Assembly: GCF_009834535.1 (NCBI RefSeq)
Contig: NC_045697.1
Location: 7,318,001-7,382,000 of the forward strand
Source: Camelus ferus
Lineage: Eukaryota
DNA length: 64,000 bases
Direction: 5' to 3'
Made by a program: the position numbers and the translations under genes. The notes beneath the pieces are model-generated. The model ran no database searches. It saw nothing but the letters and a program-made list of their open reading frames with translations, and was not told the origin of the DNA. This document shows, one piece after another, positions 61,986 to 64,000 of this stretch. Position 1 is the first letter of the stretch; each line of letters opens with the position of its first letter.

Positions 61986-62455
61986 TTTTTTTAATTGAAG
62001 TACAGTTGGTTCACAATGCTGTATTAATTTCTGGTGTATAGTATAGTGATTCGATTATACATAGATGTATTCCTTTTCATACTCTTTTTCATTATAGAGT
62101 ATTACAAGTCATTGAGTATGGTTCCCTGTTCTACACAATAGAACCTTGTTGTTTATCTGCTTTATATATAGTAGTTAGTATCTGCAAATCTCAAGCTCTC
62201 AATTTATCCCTCCCTACCTTTTCTCCCCTGGTAACCATAAATTTGTTTTCTGTGTCTGTGAGTCTGTTTCTGTTTTGTAAATAAGTTCATTTGTGTCATT
62301 TCTTTAAAAGAGTCTACATATAATGTAATATCATATGGTATTTTTCTTTCTCTTTCTGGCTTATTTCACTTAGTATGATGATCTCAGGTCCATCCATATT
62401 GCTACAAATGGCATTGTTTTATTCTTTTTTATGGCTGAGTAGTATTCTATTGTGG
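61986..62455 (-). mobile_element. Artiodactyl-type L1 3' end
   Basis: TTTTTTAATTGAAGTACAGTTG...GTTCCCTGTTCTACACAATAG...CCCCTGGTAACCATAAATTTGTTTTCTGTGTCTGTGAGTCTG...GGCTGAGTAGTATTC. Confidence 0.9.
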
Positions 62456-62799
62456 CTTATACTTTTGACATTTGTGAAGATACTTGATCACTTGGTTTTA
62501 CTGTAGAAATTGTCCATTGGTTTTTATTGTGGTATCCTAGTTTTTCTCTTTGTTTTATTTGAGGATAGTGAGAGTTGAATTCTAAGAGATCCAAAAACTA
62601 TTTTGCTTCCACCACTATATTTGTCCTAGGACCATCTCCCACTGCACAACCCTTTTGAAAATATTTACTTAAAGAGGAGAATGGAAATGGAGCAGTGACT
62701 TGAGAAAGAAAGAGTCAGAAAAGGCCTTTTAGGATAAAAATGTTATTAACTGTATTCCTTAATTTAGCACCAAATTGAGTGAAAAATAAATAATGTGAA

Positions 62800-62970
62800 A
62801 AGAATATGCAGTCATAAGACCTGAGTTCAAGTTCTGATTTTGCCAAGTGCCTTCTGATCTGAGTAAATTGCTTGTTCCAATGAAATATGAGCTTCAGTAT
62901 CTGAAAAAAGCAAATACAGATATCTTCCCTGGCTCCATCATTGGGAGGATAAAAATGCAGTATTTCAAGT
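62800..62970 (+). mobile_element. MIR fragment
   Basis: AGTCATAAGACCTGAGTTCAAGTTCTG...GAGCTTCAGT...TTGGGAGGATAAAATG. Confidence 0.65.
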
Positions 62971-64000
62971 GGAATCGCCAAATAAACAGGAAATAAGTTA
63001 AGAGAAACTTTCCAGTAGAAAGTCAAGTAGGATATGCACAATTTGACAAATTCAGCCACTGATGAAATTGACACAAAGCCAATAAGCCAACAGAGACTAA
63101 CTGGCGTGCATTCACTCCAGCAACACAATTTCTCAAGCAGCTCCCAGTGGGATAAAGGAAGACAGTCTGGATTTTGCAGCTTTACTATCAAAGCCTCCAA
63201 AGAGTTCATAAAAAGGTTTTACAGAGGTTAATCTGTGGTAAGCGCAGCTGAACGGTGTAGACTTCAGAATGCAAATGTGTTTATTTTGTCAAAGGGAAAG
63301 AAGATGAATAAAGAGTCAAAACAAAAGAGCCCATTTCTTCTGTGACTCTTTCAGTGATCTTGCAACAATGAGGCTTTCTCTCCTGGGGAGACAAGGTTCC
63401 TAGGAGGGACTACAAAAAGAAAAATTAAAGAAAGGGAAAAAAATAACACAAAACAAAATAACCTTAGGGCTCGGAGATGTGTGCTCGTTCTTGGCTTTGT
63501 CTTACATCTTAATTGTTGTTGTTTTGTTTCTGTTTTTCATGGTAAGTTTTCTGGGAAAAGTCACAGCTTTTTACAATGCAGGCACTCAATCAATATTCAC
63601 TGTAGTTTGTGCGGCTCCAAGCATTCTTGCATAGTAATTTTGCAAATTATTTTTTTTAAAATAAACTATCCTCATGTAACCAAAGGCAGGATTTGAGAGC
63701 AAAATAGATACTTTTACTAAAGAATATTGGCAAAAATCATACAGAAAGAATTCTAAAACATGGAGTTTGGCATTATAGAAATATATATGATGTTGAGTCA
63801 TTATTTGGACCTGTTTTAGATTGAACCCAATGATTCAGAAGATTTATATACATGGTCTCCCCCTAACCATCTTTATGATCCTATCAACTTCTGCTCCAAG
63901 AGGACCATCAGTTCATAGCACAATAGACACGAAACATCACGATGCCACAGGTAGACGTCACAACAGGAGCTGGGAGTAAGACGTAAGGGTGACATACAGA

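Larger units (their letters stand above)
59200..62635 (-). mobile_element. Ancient HAL1/L1-like element hosting two nested insertions
   Basis: Long T-rich decayed tract ending in a 5'-end-like segment (~62600); it is interrupted at ~61428-61848 and ~61986-62455. Family is uncertain. Confidence 0.4.

Noticed and set aside
62715..63209. 164-aa minus-strand ORF
   Set aside because: Its 3' half reads through a MIR; no recognisable homology.
1..64000. Inferring a host gene and its direction from L1/LTR strand bias
   Set aside because: L1 and LTR copies occur on both strands in similar numbers, so neither orientation nor locus identity can be supported.

Overview
Mammalian non-coding genomic DNA, most likely a camelid (alpaca/llama/camel). 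The lineage call rests on a tRNA-derived Vic-1-type SINE at ~17.2 kb and young L1 3' ends, recognised by eye with no database search. I see no protein-coding gene, RNA gene or CRISPR array. The only ORF with clear protein homology (45663-46232) is a fragment of LINE-1 ORF2 reverse transcriptase; the remaining ORF-track entries look like chance ORFs or translated repeats. Much of the window is a mosaic of old transposons (MIR, L2, L1M/HAL1, MLT1, LTR16/LTR33, MER5/MER58, Tigger MITEs) plus a few young insertions with visible target-site duplications. Between these are several repeat-free blocks that could be enhancers. The most notable structure is a tail-less, TSD-less internal piece of young L1 RT inside an LTR-int-LTR MLT1 provirus that appears to have lost part of its internal region. 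Other leads are a speculative in-frame two-exon model spanning a small CpG-rich patch (18.4-19.4 kb), a perfect 59-bp tandem duplication, and a cryptic-exon-like arrangement beside a long UG tract. I do not find convincing evidence of a new biological system. Subfamily names and boundaries of old repeats are approximate.
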